From Candidatus Latescibacterota bacterium (GTDB lineage Bacteria; Latescibacterota; UBA2968; GCA-2709665): a DNA stretch of 64,000 nt. Shown piece by piece: positions 30,453-40,290 of this stretch. How positions within the stretch are numbered: position 1 is the stretch's first letter; every line of letters starts with the position of its first letter. The notes under the pieces are model-generated. The model searched no databases. It had not been told where the DNA came from and saw nothing but the letters and a program-made list of their open reading frames with translations. The DNA is taken from contig OZ241917.1 in the NCBI GenBank assembly GCA_965203805.1, positions 480,001 to 544,000 of the forward strand. Reading direction: 5' to 3'. The position numbers and the translations under genes were made by a program.

Positions 30453-31652
30453 ATGAGCAGCGTCTATGAACGCCTGGGAATTCGTACCATCATCAATGCG
30501 TCCGGGCCGTCCACCCGATTGAGCGGGTCGATCCTCCCCGCACAGGTGGCGAAGGCCATGGCGGACGCTTCTCAGCACTGCGTGGATATCGCGGAACTGC
30601 AGGCCTGGGCGGGCCGGGCGATTGCCGACGTCACGGGCGCCGAGTCCGGATACGTCACGTCAGGCGCCGCGGCGGGCATCATGCTGGGCGTGGCGGCGTG
30701 CGTGACCGGGCTGGATCCGGGCAGGATGAACCGGCTGCCGGATACCGGGGGCATGAAGGACGAGGTGATCATTCCGCGAAGCCACCGGAATTTTTATGAC
30801 CACGCCATCCGGGCCGTGGGCGTGAAGCTCGTCGAGGTGGGGATTTCCGACCGTTATAGCGGCGCGGGGGTACGGGATACGGAGGCCTGGGAGATCGCCG
30901 ACGCGATTACCGACCGGACCGCCGCGGTCGCGTACGTGATGAACGCACGGGCGCGCCCGGACCTGGCGGACGTCGTGAAAGCAGCCCACGACCGGGGTGT
31001 GCCGGTCGTGGTGGACGCCGCCGGACAGCTTCCGCCGCAGTCGAACCTCCAGCGCTTCGTCGAAGCCGGGGCGGACGTGGTCTGTTTCAGCGGTGGAAAG
31101 ACCATCCGCGGGCCGCAGAGTTCGGGAATTCTATGCGGCCGGAAAGACCTGGTGTCGGCTGTCGCCCTGCAGCACCTGGACCAGGACGTTTATTACGACC
31201 TCTGGAATCCGCCGCCGTCGCTGATCGATAAGAACCGCCTGCCGGGCGCGCCCCAGCACGGACTCGGACGACCCTGCAAGGTGGGCAAGGAGGAGATCGT
31301 GGGGCTCATAACGGCGCTCAGGCTGTTCGTCGCCGAGGGCGACGAGGCGCGCCATGCCCGGTGGTCGGCTGTAATTCAGAGCCTCGCGCATGCACTCGAA
31401 ACATTGCCGAATGTACGGGTAACCGCGACGATCGATTCCGGCCGGCCGGTGCCCGGCTTGCGCCTTGAGATCGACGAAGCGGCGGCAGGCATTTCGGGCC
31501 TGGAACTTGCGCGGCGGCTTATCGAGGGCGAGCCGGGCATTCATTGCAATACGGCCGAAGTGTACGAAGGTGTATTGGGGTTCGGTCCCATGTGTCTGAA
31601 GGAAGGCGACGTCGAGGCCATCGGAAAGAGACTCGCAGAATTGCTGGCTTGA
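30453..31652 (+). CDS. SelA-like PLP-dependent enzyme (DgaE family)
   Basis: RTIINASG..TRLSGS, VTSGAAAG, VVVDAA, FSGGKTIRGPQSSG, KVGKEEIVG. Confidence 0.85.
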   Translation: MSSVYERLGIRTIINASGPSTRLSGSILPAQVAKAMADASQHCVDIAELQAWAGRAIADVTGAESGYVTSGAAAGIMLGVAACVTGLDPGRMNRLPDTGGMKDEVIIPRSHRNFYDHAIRAVGVKLVEVGISDRYSGAGVRDTEAWEIADAITDRTAAVAYVMNARARPDLADVVKAAHDRGVPVVVDAAGQLPPQSNLQRFVEAGADVVCFSGGKTIRGPQSSGILCGRKDLVSAVALQHLDQDVYYDLWNPPPSLIDKNRLPGAPQHGLGRPCKVGKEEIVGLITALRLFVAEGDEARHARWSAVIQSLAHALETLPNVRVTATIDSGRPVPGLRLEIDEAAAGISGLELARRLIEGEPGIHCNTAEVYEGVLGFGPMCLKEGDVEAIGKRLAELLA

Positions 31653-31756
31653 TCGGGGACAGGCGTGGATCGGATGCGGATTCAAACACCGCCGCGCACA
31701 CTGAACAGGCGATGGGGCACGTTGGTGGAGACAGACCAATTTCGGGAGACTCAGTG

Positions 31757-33103
31757 ATGAACGTGGATTGGGATGCAGCGGGCCGGGAGGCGGTGGGCTG
31801 GTTGTGCAGGCTGCTTGGATTTGACACCACGAATCCGCCGGGAAATGAACTGCCCCTTGTGCGGGACATTGCCGGAGCGCTGGCCGGAGAGGGGCTGAAG
31901 CCCCGCGTACTGGAATCGGCGCCGGGTCGGGGGAACCTGGTCGTGCGTCTCGAGGGCGACGGATCCGAACGCCCGCTGTTGCTGCTCTCGCATATCGACG
32001 TGGTCCCCGCGGAGCCGTCGAAATGGACGCGGAACCCTTTCGGCGGCACGGTGGACGCGGGCTATGTGTGGGGACGCGGCGCGATCGATTCCAAGCTGAC
32101 GACGGCCGTGGGACTGCAGGTGCTCCTGATGTGCAGGCGGCTGGGTCTTGCGCTGAAGCGCGACCTGGTTCTGGTGGCGGCCGCGGACGAGGAACTCGGG
32201 GGGGTGCACGGGGTACGGTGGCTTGCGGCAAACCACCCGGACGTGTTCGACGCCGAATACGGCATCAACGAGGGCGGCGGATTCGCGCTGATGATCGACG
32301 GCCGGCCGGTATATACGTGCCAGGTGGCCGAAAAGGGGAGCGCCGAGGTGAATCTGGTGGCCCGCGGACAGCCGGGGCACAGCTCCGTGCCTCACCGCGA
32401 CAATGCGGTCTTCCACCTGGCCGGGGCCCTTGAGAGAATGAGCGACGGGAAGATGCCGCATCGCGTGACGGACGGGGTCCGGGCGTTCTTCGAAGGCGCA
32501 GCGGCCGCGCAGGTCCGGGGCGAGGTCGCGGGCCTGCTTCTGGACGTGCTGGATCCCGAGCGCTGCGATACGGCGTTGTCAGCCTTGCCGGTTGACGAGC
32601 CCACCCGGCTGATGTTCGACGCCATGGTGCGCAACACGTGCGCGCCGACCATTCTCGAGGCCGGGGTGAAGCGAAACGTGATCCCCTCCGAAGCCGTCGC
32701 GCGGTTGAGCGGCAGGCCGCTGCCGGGTGTGGACGAGGCGGCATTTGACCGTGAAGTTCGCGCCCTTGCGGGCGAGGGCGTGGCATTCGAGTTGGAAAAA
32801 ACCTTCAGGCCCGGCACGGAGTTCGACCATCGCACACCCCTGCTGGACGCCATCGAGGCGTCGGTCGCCCGGTTCGACCCCGACGCAGCCGTGGTCCCCT
32901 ACATGCAGACGGGCGGCACGGACGCGCGGTTTCTTCGGGACCGCGATATCCACATCTACGGATTCATACCCATGCGGCACGAAGCGGGCGAGGCCTATTT
33001 CGAACTGTGCCACGGCCACGACGAACGGGTTTCCGTTGCGAATGTGCAGTTCGGGGTGCAGGTGCTGTTCGACGTCGTGTGCCGGTTAAACGGCATCGCA
33101 TAG
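31757..33103 (+). CDS. M20/M25/M40 metallo-hydrolase (ArgE/DapE-like)
   Basis: HIDVVP, GRGAIDSK, ADEE, NEGG, GHSS, GGTDAR, HGHDER. Confidence 0.9.
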   Translation: MNVDWDAAGREAVGWLCRLLGFDTTNPPGNELPLVRDIAGALAGEGLKPRVLESAPGRGNLVVRLEGDGSERPLLLLSHIDVVPAEPSKWTRNPFGGTVDAGYVWGRGAIDSKLTTAVGLQVLLMCRRLGLALKRDLVLVAAADEELGGVHGVRWLAANHPDVFDAEYGINEGGGFALMIDGRPVYTCQVAEKGSAEVNLVARGQPGHSSVPHRDNAVFHLAGALERMSDGKMPHRVTDGVRAFFEGAAAAQVRGEVAGLLLDVLDPERCDTALSALPVDEPTRLMFDAMVRNTCAPTILEAGVKRNVIPSEAVARLSGRPLPGVDEAAFDREVRALAGEGVAFELEKTFRPGTEFDHRTPLLDAIEASVARFDPDAAVVPYMQTGGTDARFLRDRDIHIYGFIPMRHEAGEAYFELCHGHDERVSVANVQFGVQVLFDVVCRLNGIA

Positions 33104-33127
33104 AGGGTCGTCGATTTTACGCCCGGA

Positions 33128-34024
33128 CTACCGCGCGAGTATATGCCGAAGCGCGCCCTCCAGTTGAGGGTGTTGGAAGTCATATCCCGATTCCTGGAGC
33201 CGGGCCGGCAGAACGCGGGTGCTCGAGAGCAGGAGGGCATCCGCCATTTCTCCGAAAGCCAGCCGGGCGGCGAAGGCCGGCATGGGGAAGAGCGTCGGAC
33301 GGGAGAGGACGCCCCCCAGCGCTTTGGTGAATTCCCTGTTGGTGACCGGCGCCGGCGACACCGCGTTGACGGGCCCCTCGATCGCATCCGTATCGAGCGC
33401 ATGGTCGACGATTCCCACGAGATCGCTCAGCGTGATCCAGCTCATATACTGATTCCCGCTGCCGATCACGCCGCCTGCGCCCATTTTGAACGGGAACAGC
33501 ATTTTGGCCAGCGCGCCGCCGTCGGCGCTGAGCACAATTCCGATGCGCAGGTACACCGTACGGACGCCCGCGTCCGTCGCGGGTCTCGCGGCCTGCTCCC
33601 AGTCGAGGCACGTCTCCGCCAGGAAGTCGGCGCCCGGCGCACTCTCCTCGTCGAGGATCTCATCGCCGCGGTTGCCGTAGTAACCGACGGCAGATGCGCA
33701 GATCAGTACGCCTGGGGGCGTCTGAAGCTCCGCAAGGCCTTGCGCCAGAAGCCGTGTGCCATCTTCCCGACTGCTCCGGATTCTGTCTTTCTTTGCGTCG
33801 TTCCACCGGCCCGTGGCGATGTTTTCGCCCGCCAGGTGAACGACGGCCTGGACGCCTTCAAGGTCGGCGGCGTCGAGTTCTCCCGTTTCCGGATCCCAAC
33901 GGTGCTCCGTGTCGTTTTGCGGGCTCCGGCGAACCAGCCGGACGACGCGGTGGCCGCCGGCTTCCAGGTTGGGAATGAGTGCTGAGCCAACGAGCCCGGA
34001 CGAACCCGTTACGAGTACTGTCAT
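33128..34024 (-). CDS. TIGR01777-family NAD-dependent epimerase/oxidoreductase
   Basis: VTGSSGLVG, HLAGENI..GRW, SAVGYYG, LRIGIVL, QYMSWI, P.RLQESGYDF. Confidence 0.92.
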   Translation of the reverse strand: MTVLVTGSSGLVGSALIPNLEAGGHRVVRLVRRSPQNDTEHRWDPETGELDAADLEGVQAVVHLAGENIATGRWNDAKKDRIRSSREDGTRLLAQGLAELQTPPGVLICASAVGYYGNRGDEILDEESAPGADFLAETCLDWEQAARPATDAGVRTVYLRIGIVLSADGGALAKMLFPFKMGAGGVIGSGNQYMSWITLSDLVGIVDHALDTDAIEGPVNAVSPAPVTNREFTKALGGVLSRPTLFPMPAFAARLAFGEMADALLLSSTRVLPARLQESGYDFQHPQLEGALRHILAR

Positions 34025-34048
34025 GGGATGCCTCCTGGTCTCTTACAG

Positions 34049-34462
34049 TTACAGTCGATAAAGCATAACATAGATGAACACGCCGCTGATGCACACGAAC
34101 ATCCAGACCGGCCACACCCACCGGGCGAGGCGCCGGTGGACCGCGAACCTGCCGCGCACGGCCAGCCACACAACCGCCAGGACAAACGGCGCGTTCAGAG
34201 CCGCCAGGACAACATGCGGAATCAGGATGGCGAAATAGATGCCGCGGGTCCAGTCGTGGTGCGGATAGGGCACCGAACCGACCTGGATGTGATAGACAAG
34301 GTACGACGTCAGAAACAGCCCCGAGCAGACCAGGGCGAAGAGCATCATCCGCCGGTGTTGCCGGACGTTGCCACGCCGGATCCGCAGGTAACCCAGCAGC
34401 AGAAAGCACGCGCCGACCGTATTGAATATCGCATTGAGAGTTGGCAGATCCTCTACGGCCAT
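34049..34462 (-). CDS. DUF420 family membrane protein
   Basis: LPTLNA, HRRMM, FLTSYLVYH, YFAILIPH, HRRLARWVWPVWMFV..SGV. Confidence 0.88.
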   Translation of the reverse strand: MAVEDLPTLNAIFNTVGACFLLLGYLRIRRGNVRQHRRMMLFALVCSGLFLTSYLVYHIQVGSVPYPHHDWTRGIYFAILIPHVVLAALNAPFVLAVVWLAVRGRFAVHRRLARWVWPVWMFVCISGVFIYVMLYRL

Positions 34463-34771
34463 CCGGACCACTTAATTCGGGATGCACAACGGAGTTGAGG
34501 TTCTGTTCCTATTCCAGGCAACCGGTTATCGGGACTGGGGAGGAAGTGTACTCATTTTTGCCGTTTCTGGCAACCCGGCGGATGCCCGCATCCGGAGACG
34601 CGGCGGTTACGGCCCCAATGTGCGCTGGCGGTTCGGGCGGATCGCCTTCCGGGGCCGGCGGGAAGGCATCGGGGCGAATGGAGACGCCAGGGGCGGGATC
34701 CTGGAATCGACGGGGTCTCCATGAAACGTCGCGGCGCCCGAATCCGGCGATGAGCGGATCGCCATTGCGGG

Positions 34772-34800
34772 TTGACACAGGGCCGGAATTCGTTTATTTT
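34772..34800 (+). promoter_or_regulatory. Sigma70-like promoter
   Basis: TTGACA-17 bp-TATTTT upstream of the small ORF at 34850. Confidence 0.55.
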
Positions 34801-34849
34801 CGGTTCATTCGATCAGAATTAAGCCTGTTTAAAACAGGAGGATAGCGGA

Positions 34850-35053
34850 ATGTCTGCAACGGGCGGCCTGTGGATGACACCCGGAGAAATCGAGCAGTCC
34901 CTGGGGCGCCGGAAATCCAGAGAAGTGTTTGAAGACCTGATTTACGACCGGCGCAAGCGGCGTGAGATTCTGGACCTCCTGATCGAGGCCACGGGCTGCA
35001 ACGAGTTTTCGGCGGAGGATTTCCTGAGGGAAATCGTCAAAACGCGCCAGTGA
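34850..35053 (+). CDS. Small hypothetical protein (67 aa)
   Basis: SD AGGAGG, own promoter candidate, helical charged sequence. Confidence 0.65.
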   Translation: MSATGGLWMTPGEIEQSLGRRKSREVFEDLIYDRRKRREILDLLIEATGCNEFSAEDFLREIVKTRQ

Positions 35054-35406
35054 TGCCCGTTCGATACCCGAGCCGGCCGGAAGACGCCATTTCATGAAAC
35101 GAACGGACGGCTTGCCATAGCAGTCCGTAGAAAAAGTCGCTCTGCAGGCGAGGCCGAGTCATTGTGGCCGAAGACAAGGCGCGCGACCGACGCGAATCCC
35201 TGGATTCGGGGAGGGAGCGCAACGCCGTATTTCGGCCACAAGGGCCGGACGCAGACCGGATGGTCTTTTTCAACGGGCTGATAGGCGGGAATTGAATTTT
35301 CGCCTTTTTTCTTTTTGCGTATCGAGTCCCTGGATTGTGATTTCTTGCGGTCCGTTTCAGACCGTTTTGAATGTTTCGGAAGGGAATAGCGACCGTGCCC
35401 GACGTC

Positions 35407-37050
35407 ATGGAATCCGACTATCTGGTCATTGGCAGCGGTATCGCCGGTCTGTCTTTCGCATTGCGGGCGGCGGAGTCCGCCTCCGTTGCCGTGATCACGA
35501 AGAAGGAGTCCCAGGAGTCGAACACCAATTACGCCCAGGGCGGCATTGCCGCCGTCTTCGATTCGGACGATTCCTTCGCGATCCATGCTCAGGATACGCT
35601 CGTTGCCGGGGCCGGGCTCTGCCGCAGGGACGCGGTGGAGCTCGTGGTTGGGCAGGGTCCCCGGATGGTCAGGGAACTGATGGCCTGGGGCGCCGCGTTT
35701 ACGACGAAGCAGGACGGCCGCCGCCTGTCGCTCGGACGGGAGGGAGGGCACACCAGGCACCGCATCGTCCACGCCGACGACCTGACTGGCAGGGAAATCG
35801 AGAGAGCGCTCACGGACGCGGTAGACGCCCATCCCAACATCACGCGTTTCGAACACCATATGGCGGTCGATCTGATTACGGAACACCATCTCATCGGCGC
35901 GACGACGGAACCGCGGGGGCGGATTCACTGCTGGGGCGCTTACGTCCTTGATTCGGCGGCAGGCCGGGTCAGGCGGTTTCTGGCGCGGGTCACGCTCCTG
36001 TGTTCCGGGGGCGCCGGACAGATCTACACGCACACCACCAATCCGGGCATCGCAACCGGCGACGGGATCGCCATGGCGTACAGGGCCGGCGCGCCGGTCG
36101 CGAATCTCGAATTCATGCAGTTCCACCCCACCACACTCTACCATCCTGAGGGTGACTCGTTCCTGATTTCCGAGGCGGTGCGCGGTCACGGGGGCGTGCT
36201 GGTTGACCGGAACGGTCGTTCCTTCATGGATGGATGTCACGAGATGGGCGCGCTCGCGCCGCGCGACATCGTCGCCAGAGCGATCGACAACGAATTGAAG
36301 AAAAGCGGCGCTCCCTGCGTGTATCTCGACGTCACCCACGTGCCCGCCGCCGAGATTCAGGAGCGTTTTCCCAACATCCACCGGCGGTGTTTCGCGCTCA
36401 ATATCGATATCACCCGGCATCCCATTCCGGTTGTGCCAGCGGCCCATTACATGTGTGGAGGCGTGTCGACGGACCTGTGGGGTCGTACGGAGATCGAAGG
36501 GCTCTATGCCTCCGGAGAGGTGGCGCACACGGGCCTGCATGGGGCCAATCGCCTCGCCAGCAACTCCCTTCTCGAGGCGCTGGTGTTTTCGGACCGCGCC
36601 CATCGGCACGCGTCCCGTCGCCTGGACAGAGCAACCGGCTTTCCCGATGTGCCGGACTGGCGGGAAGACGACGTGTTCAACGCCGAGGAATGGGTGCTGC
36701 TGGCGCACGACCGATTGGAGGTCCGGCGGTTGATGTGGGACTACGTCGGCATCGTGCGTTCCGATTTCAGGCTCAAACGGGCGGCGAGGCGTATCGGCGT
36801 CATTGCTGGGGAGGTGGAGGACTTTTACAAGCGGACCAAGGTAACGGAAGGTCTTCTTGAGTTGAGAAACATCACGACGGTGGCCGCGCTCGCGGTGCGT
36901 TGTGCGCTGAAGCGGCGCGAGAGCCGGGGGCTGCATTACAACGTGGACTGCCCCGCGGACGGCTCGGCGCCCCCGGAGGATACGATCCTCTCCGCCCGGG
37001 AGTCATGGCAGGCGTCCGAAATCGACTGGCAGGCGGCCATGAATATCTAA
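35407..37050 (+). CDS. nadB: L-aspartate oxidase
   Basis: IGSGIAGL, YAQGGIAAV, REGGH..RIVH, QFHPT, LAPRDIVARAI, TGLHGANRLASNSLLE, RESRGLH. Confidence 0.97.
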   Translation: MESDYLVIGSGIAGLSFALRAAESASVAVITKKESQESNTNYAQGGIAAVFDSDDSFAIHAQDTLVAGAGLCRRDAVELVVGQGPRMVRELMAWGAAFTTKQDGRRLSLGREGGHTRHRIVHADDLTGREIERALTDAVDAHPNITRFEHHMAVDLITEHHLIGATTEPRGRIHCWGAYVLDSAAGRVRRFLARVTLLCSGGAGQIYTHTTNPGIATGDGIAMAYRAGAPVANLEFMQFHPTTLYHPEGDSFLISEAVRGHGGVLVDRNGRSFMDGCHEMGALAPRDIVARAIDNELKKSGAPCVYLDVTHVPAAEIQERFPNIHRRCFALNIDITRHPIPVVPAAHYMCGGVSTDLWGRTEIEGLYASGEVAHTGLHGANRLASNSLLEALVFSDRAHRHASRRLDRATGFPDVPDWREDDVFNAEEWVLLAHDRLEVRRLMWDYVGIVRSDFRLKRAARRIGVIAGEVEDFYKRTKVTEGLLELRNITTVAALAVRCALKRRESRGLHYNVDCPADGSAPPEDTILSARESWQASEIDWQAAMNI

Positions 37051-37071
37051 GGCCGCCCTCAGGGAGTGTGT

Positions 37072-38871
37072 ATGCAACACGGCATCGCCGTTCTGGATTT
37101 CGGCGGGCAATACGCCCATCTGATCGCCAATCGCATCCGCCGGCTTCAGGTCTATTCGGAAGTCTTCCGACCCGACGTGGACGTTTCCGCGGTCGACGGG
37201 TTCACGGGCCTGATCCTGTCGGGGGGCCCCGCAAGCGTATACGACCCGGATCAGCCGGCGTTCAATTCCGCGCACCTGAATTCCGGGCTGCCCGTCCTCG
37301 GGCTCTGTTACGGCCACCAGCTGGTCTGTCAGGAACTGGGCGGCGAGGTTGCCCGCGGAAAGATCCGCGAGTACGGTTCCGCGGAACTGCACATTCGGTC
37401 AAGCACCGGCCTGTTCGCGGGCATGGAGCCGTCCCAGGTAGTGTGGATGAGCCACGGAGATGCGGCCAGCCGTCTGCCCGAGGGATTCGAGGTGCTGGGT
37501 TCCACGGACGACTGCGCAACGGCCGCTGTCGGCGATGTTCGGCGCAACTTGTTCGGACTGCAGTTTCACCCTGAGGTTGCGCACACGGACCGGGGGATGG
37601 ATATCCTGAACAATTTCCTGGATATCTGCGCCGCGCCGCGGACCTGGACCATGGCAGGCTACGCGGAAACGGCGATGGAAGAGATTCGGGAGCAGGTGGG
37701 GCGAAAACGCGTGTTTCTGCTGGTTTCGGGCGGTGTGGACTCGAGTGTGGCATTCGCGTTGTTCAACCGGGCGCTCGGTCCGAAGCGGGTGCTGGGCCTG
37801 CATATCAACAACGGGTTCATGAGGAAAGAAGAGTCCGCCCGCGTGGCCTCCGCGCTGCGGGATGAGGGATTCGAGAACCTGATTGTGGAGGACGCTACGG
37901 AGGATTTTCTGCTCAGTGTGGAGGGGATCGTGGAGCCGGAACAGAAACGCCAGGCCGTTGGCCGGGCCTTCCTCGACGTCAAGGACCGCGTGCTCGACCG
38001 GATGAACCTGGATCCGGATGGCTGGCTGCTGGGGCAGGGAACGCTCTATCCGGATACGATCGAGTCAGGGGGTACGGAACATTCAGCGGTGATTAAAACG
38101 CACCACAACCGGGTGGACGTGGTGGAGGAACTGATCGCCCGCGGACTGGTCATCGAGCCGCTGGCGCATCTGTACAAAGACGAGGTACGCGAACTCGGGG
38201 TCGCCCTGGGCCTTCCGCCGCACCTGGTCTGGCGCCAGCCGTTTCCCGGTCCCGGACTGTCTGTGCGCTGCCTCTGCTCCACGGGCGACAGCGCCGGAGC
38301 GCCGAACGCCGGCATCGAGGAAGCCGCCCGCGAACTCGCGGTCCGCGCCGGGTTCGGGCTTCGCGTCCTCCCGCTCCGGAGCGTGGGCGTCCAGGGAGAT
38401 TTCCGTACCTATGCGCACCCGGCGGTCGTCTGGGGAGAAGCGGATTGGGGGACATTGGAGGAGGTATCCACCCGCATCACGAATTCCATCCAGGAGATCA
38501 ACCGGGTGGTCTATCTGCTTGCGCCATCGTCGCTTCCCGAACTGAAGCTGAAACGGGCTTTCCTGACGAAGACCCGCCTGGATCTGCTCAGAAGCGTGGA
38601 TGCGCTCGCGATGGGCGCGCTCGAGCGCGAAGGCCTGTCGAAAACGGTGTCGCAGATGCCCACCGTCCTGCTGCCGTTGACGTCCGACGGCATCGCGGAA
38701 ACCGTGGTCTTGAGACCCGTGGAGACGCCTGATTTTATGACGGCGCGATTCTGCGCGCTGCCGTTCGATTTTGCCCGGAAACTCGCGTGCGAGATTCTGT
38801 CTGAAGAGGGTATCGAGGCGGTATTCTACGATGTGACGCACAAACCCCCGGGTACGGTCGAGTGGGAGTAG
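37072..38871 (+). CDS. guaA: GMP synthase (glutamine-hydrolysing), long form
   Basis: LDFGGQY, GLCYGHQ, QFHPEV, SGGVDS, QGTLYPDTIES, IKTHHN, PFPGPGL, KPPGTVEWE. Confidence 0.96.
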   Translation: MQHGIAVLDFGGQYAHLIANRIRRLQVYSEVFRPDVDVSAVDGFTGLILSGGPASVYDPDQPAFNSAHLNSGLPVLGLCYGHQLVCQELGGEVARGKIREYGSAELHIRSSTGLFAGMEPSQVVWMSHGDAASRLPEGFEVLGSTDDCATAAVGDVRRNLFGLQFHPEVAHTDRGMDILNNFLDICAAPRTWTMAGYAETAMEEIREQVGRKRVFLLVSGGVDSSVAFALFNRALGPKRVLGLHINNGFMRKEESARVASALRDEGFENLIVEDATEDFLLSVEGIVEPEQKRQAVGRAFLDVKDRVLDRMNLDPDGWLLGQGTLYPDTIESGGTEHSAVIKTHHNRVDVVEELIARGLVIEPLAHLYKDEVRELGVALGLPPHLVWRQPFPGPGLSVRCLCSTGDSAGAPNAGIEEAARELAVRAGFGLRVLPLRSVGVQGDFRTYAHPAVVWGEADWGTLEEVSTRITNSIQEINRVVYLLAPSSLPELKLKRAFLTKTRLDLLRSVDALAMGALEREGLSKTVSQMPTVLLPLTSDGIAETVVLRPVETPDFMTARFCALPFDFARKLACEILSEEGIEAVFYDVTHKPPGTVEWE

Positions 38872-38974
38872 AAACGGAGTCCCTCGGCGACGGTTCCCGG
38901 CCGATGAATCCATCTGACGCCGCGTCCAGGTCTGTCGCCTGGCGGAAGTTCAACCTGATCTGGAGGAGAAAACC

Positions 38975-39412
38975 ATGCACGAGGTGAATTATCTCGCCGT
39001 TGTGATTGCCGGTATTGTCCCGATGGTTGTCGGCGCCGTCTGGTACGGACCCTTGTTCGGGAAGCGCTGGCTCGGATACATGCAGACCACCGAAGAGGAG
39101 ATACGCAAGGACTTCAACCCCCTGAAGACCTACGGCGCGAGTTTTGTGCTCGCGTTGCTTACCGCGTTCATTCTGGCGCAACTGATCGCCGGAATGGGTG
39201 GCACGCAGAACGTCTCTACGATACAGGGAAGCGGGGGCGACGCGATGGCCGGGCTGCACCTGGGGTTGATGGCGCTGATCGCCTTCGTGCTGCCGGTCGC
39301 CTACCAGTCGGTGGCCTTCGAGGGGCGGAAGGCGGGTCTGTTCTGGCTCAGCCTGGGGTACAACGGGGTGGCGCTGATAGGACAGGGCCTGGTGATTGCG
39401 CTCTGGCGTTGA
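38975..39412 (+). CDS. DUF1761 family membrane protein
   Basis: VNYLAVVIAG..GAVWYGPLFGKRW, four TM helices, FEGRK. Confidence 0.85.
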   Translation: MHEVNYLAVVIAGIVPMVVGAVWYGPLFGKRWLGYMQTTEEEIRKDFNPLKTYGASFVLALLTAFILAQLIAGMGGTQNVSTIQGSGGDAMAGLHLGLMALIAFVLPVAYQSVAFEGRKAGLFWLSLGYNGVALIGQGLVIALWR

Positions 39413-39456
39413 CGCGCCCGGCGTGAGCGCGCCATTCCGGACGTCCCACCAAACGG

Positions 39457-40146
39457 TCAGTCGGAGGCGACGGCCGTTTTTTCGTCCAGTGCCAGGCCGT
39501 CCAGTGTATAGCGATCGACGGGGACGGACTGCTGTACAAGCCGGTGGCGGGCGGCGAAAGCGGCCTTGACCCGTGAACCGAGCAGGACACAGATGACGAA
39601 GACGGCCCCGCCGGCGAGCGTGAGATGGGTGAGATTCAGAAGGTTGCCGATCAGGACGAAGAGCAGGTACCGGGGAAATCGACCGAGGAACACGGCGACC
39701 ACGTATCGATGGAGCGGATAGCCGCTGGCGGGACTGAGGATCCGGAAAATGTAGAATGGGATGAACGGCACCAGCGCCGCGAACCAGATCGCAAAGAAGG
39801 GCGCTTTCATGAAATAATACACCGCGCCCTTGTAGACGTCGCTCTCGCGCGTCCGCCGGATCCTGGCGTTGCGATAGGCGAAGGTAACGGCCCGGTAGTC
39901 CACGAAGCAGGCAATCATCGTACCGGCGACGGCGGCAAGAGCAGCCGTCGCGGGATGATAAGACCGGCCGAAATAAACCAGCGCGGGTTCGTGGGGGAAC
40001 GGAATGAACGAGTTGGAGGGAATGCTGTAGAAGAAAAGAAGCGAAAGGTCGCGATAGTCCGGCAACAGGAGCCCCGCAACGCCCGCTGCTGAAAACACAC
40101 CGACCGCCGCGCAGAGAAACCGTTTCCAGCCTTTGCGCATCTCCAT
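39457..40146 (-). CDS. DedA/VTT (SNARE-associated) family membrane protein
   Basis: FIPFPHEP, AGTMIA..DY, PFIPF, VFLGRFPRY. Confidence 0.65.
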   Translation of the reverse strand: MEMRKGWKRFLCAAVGVFSAAGVAGLLLPDYRDLSLLFFYSIPSNSFIPFPHEPALVYFGRSYHPATAALAAVAGTMIACFVDYRAVTFAYRNARIRRTRESDVYKGAVYYFMKAPFFAIWFAALVPFIPFYIFRILSPASGYPLHRYVVAVFLGRFPRYLLFVLIGNLLNLTHLTLAGGAVFVICVLLGSRVKAAFAARHRLVQQSVPVDRYTLDGLALDEKTAVASD

Positions 40147-40290
40147 AAACGGCAAACCCTTGTTTCGGTGGGAGGTTATTTCGCGAAAATATAAGCGAAA
40201 CTTTTAATTTTGTCAACTCATTTTCAGTTGACGTTCTGGATTTCGCCCGCATGCAGTTTTTGCAGTGGTTCCCTGCGGCGAATAGATTGG

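Noticed and set aside
25943-31652. Selenium-utilisation cluster (SBP56 + SelA-like)
   Set aside because: No selB, selD or tRNA-Sec and no in-frame UGA candidate seen; the SelA-like protein fits the DgaE-type family.
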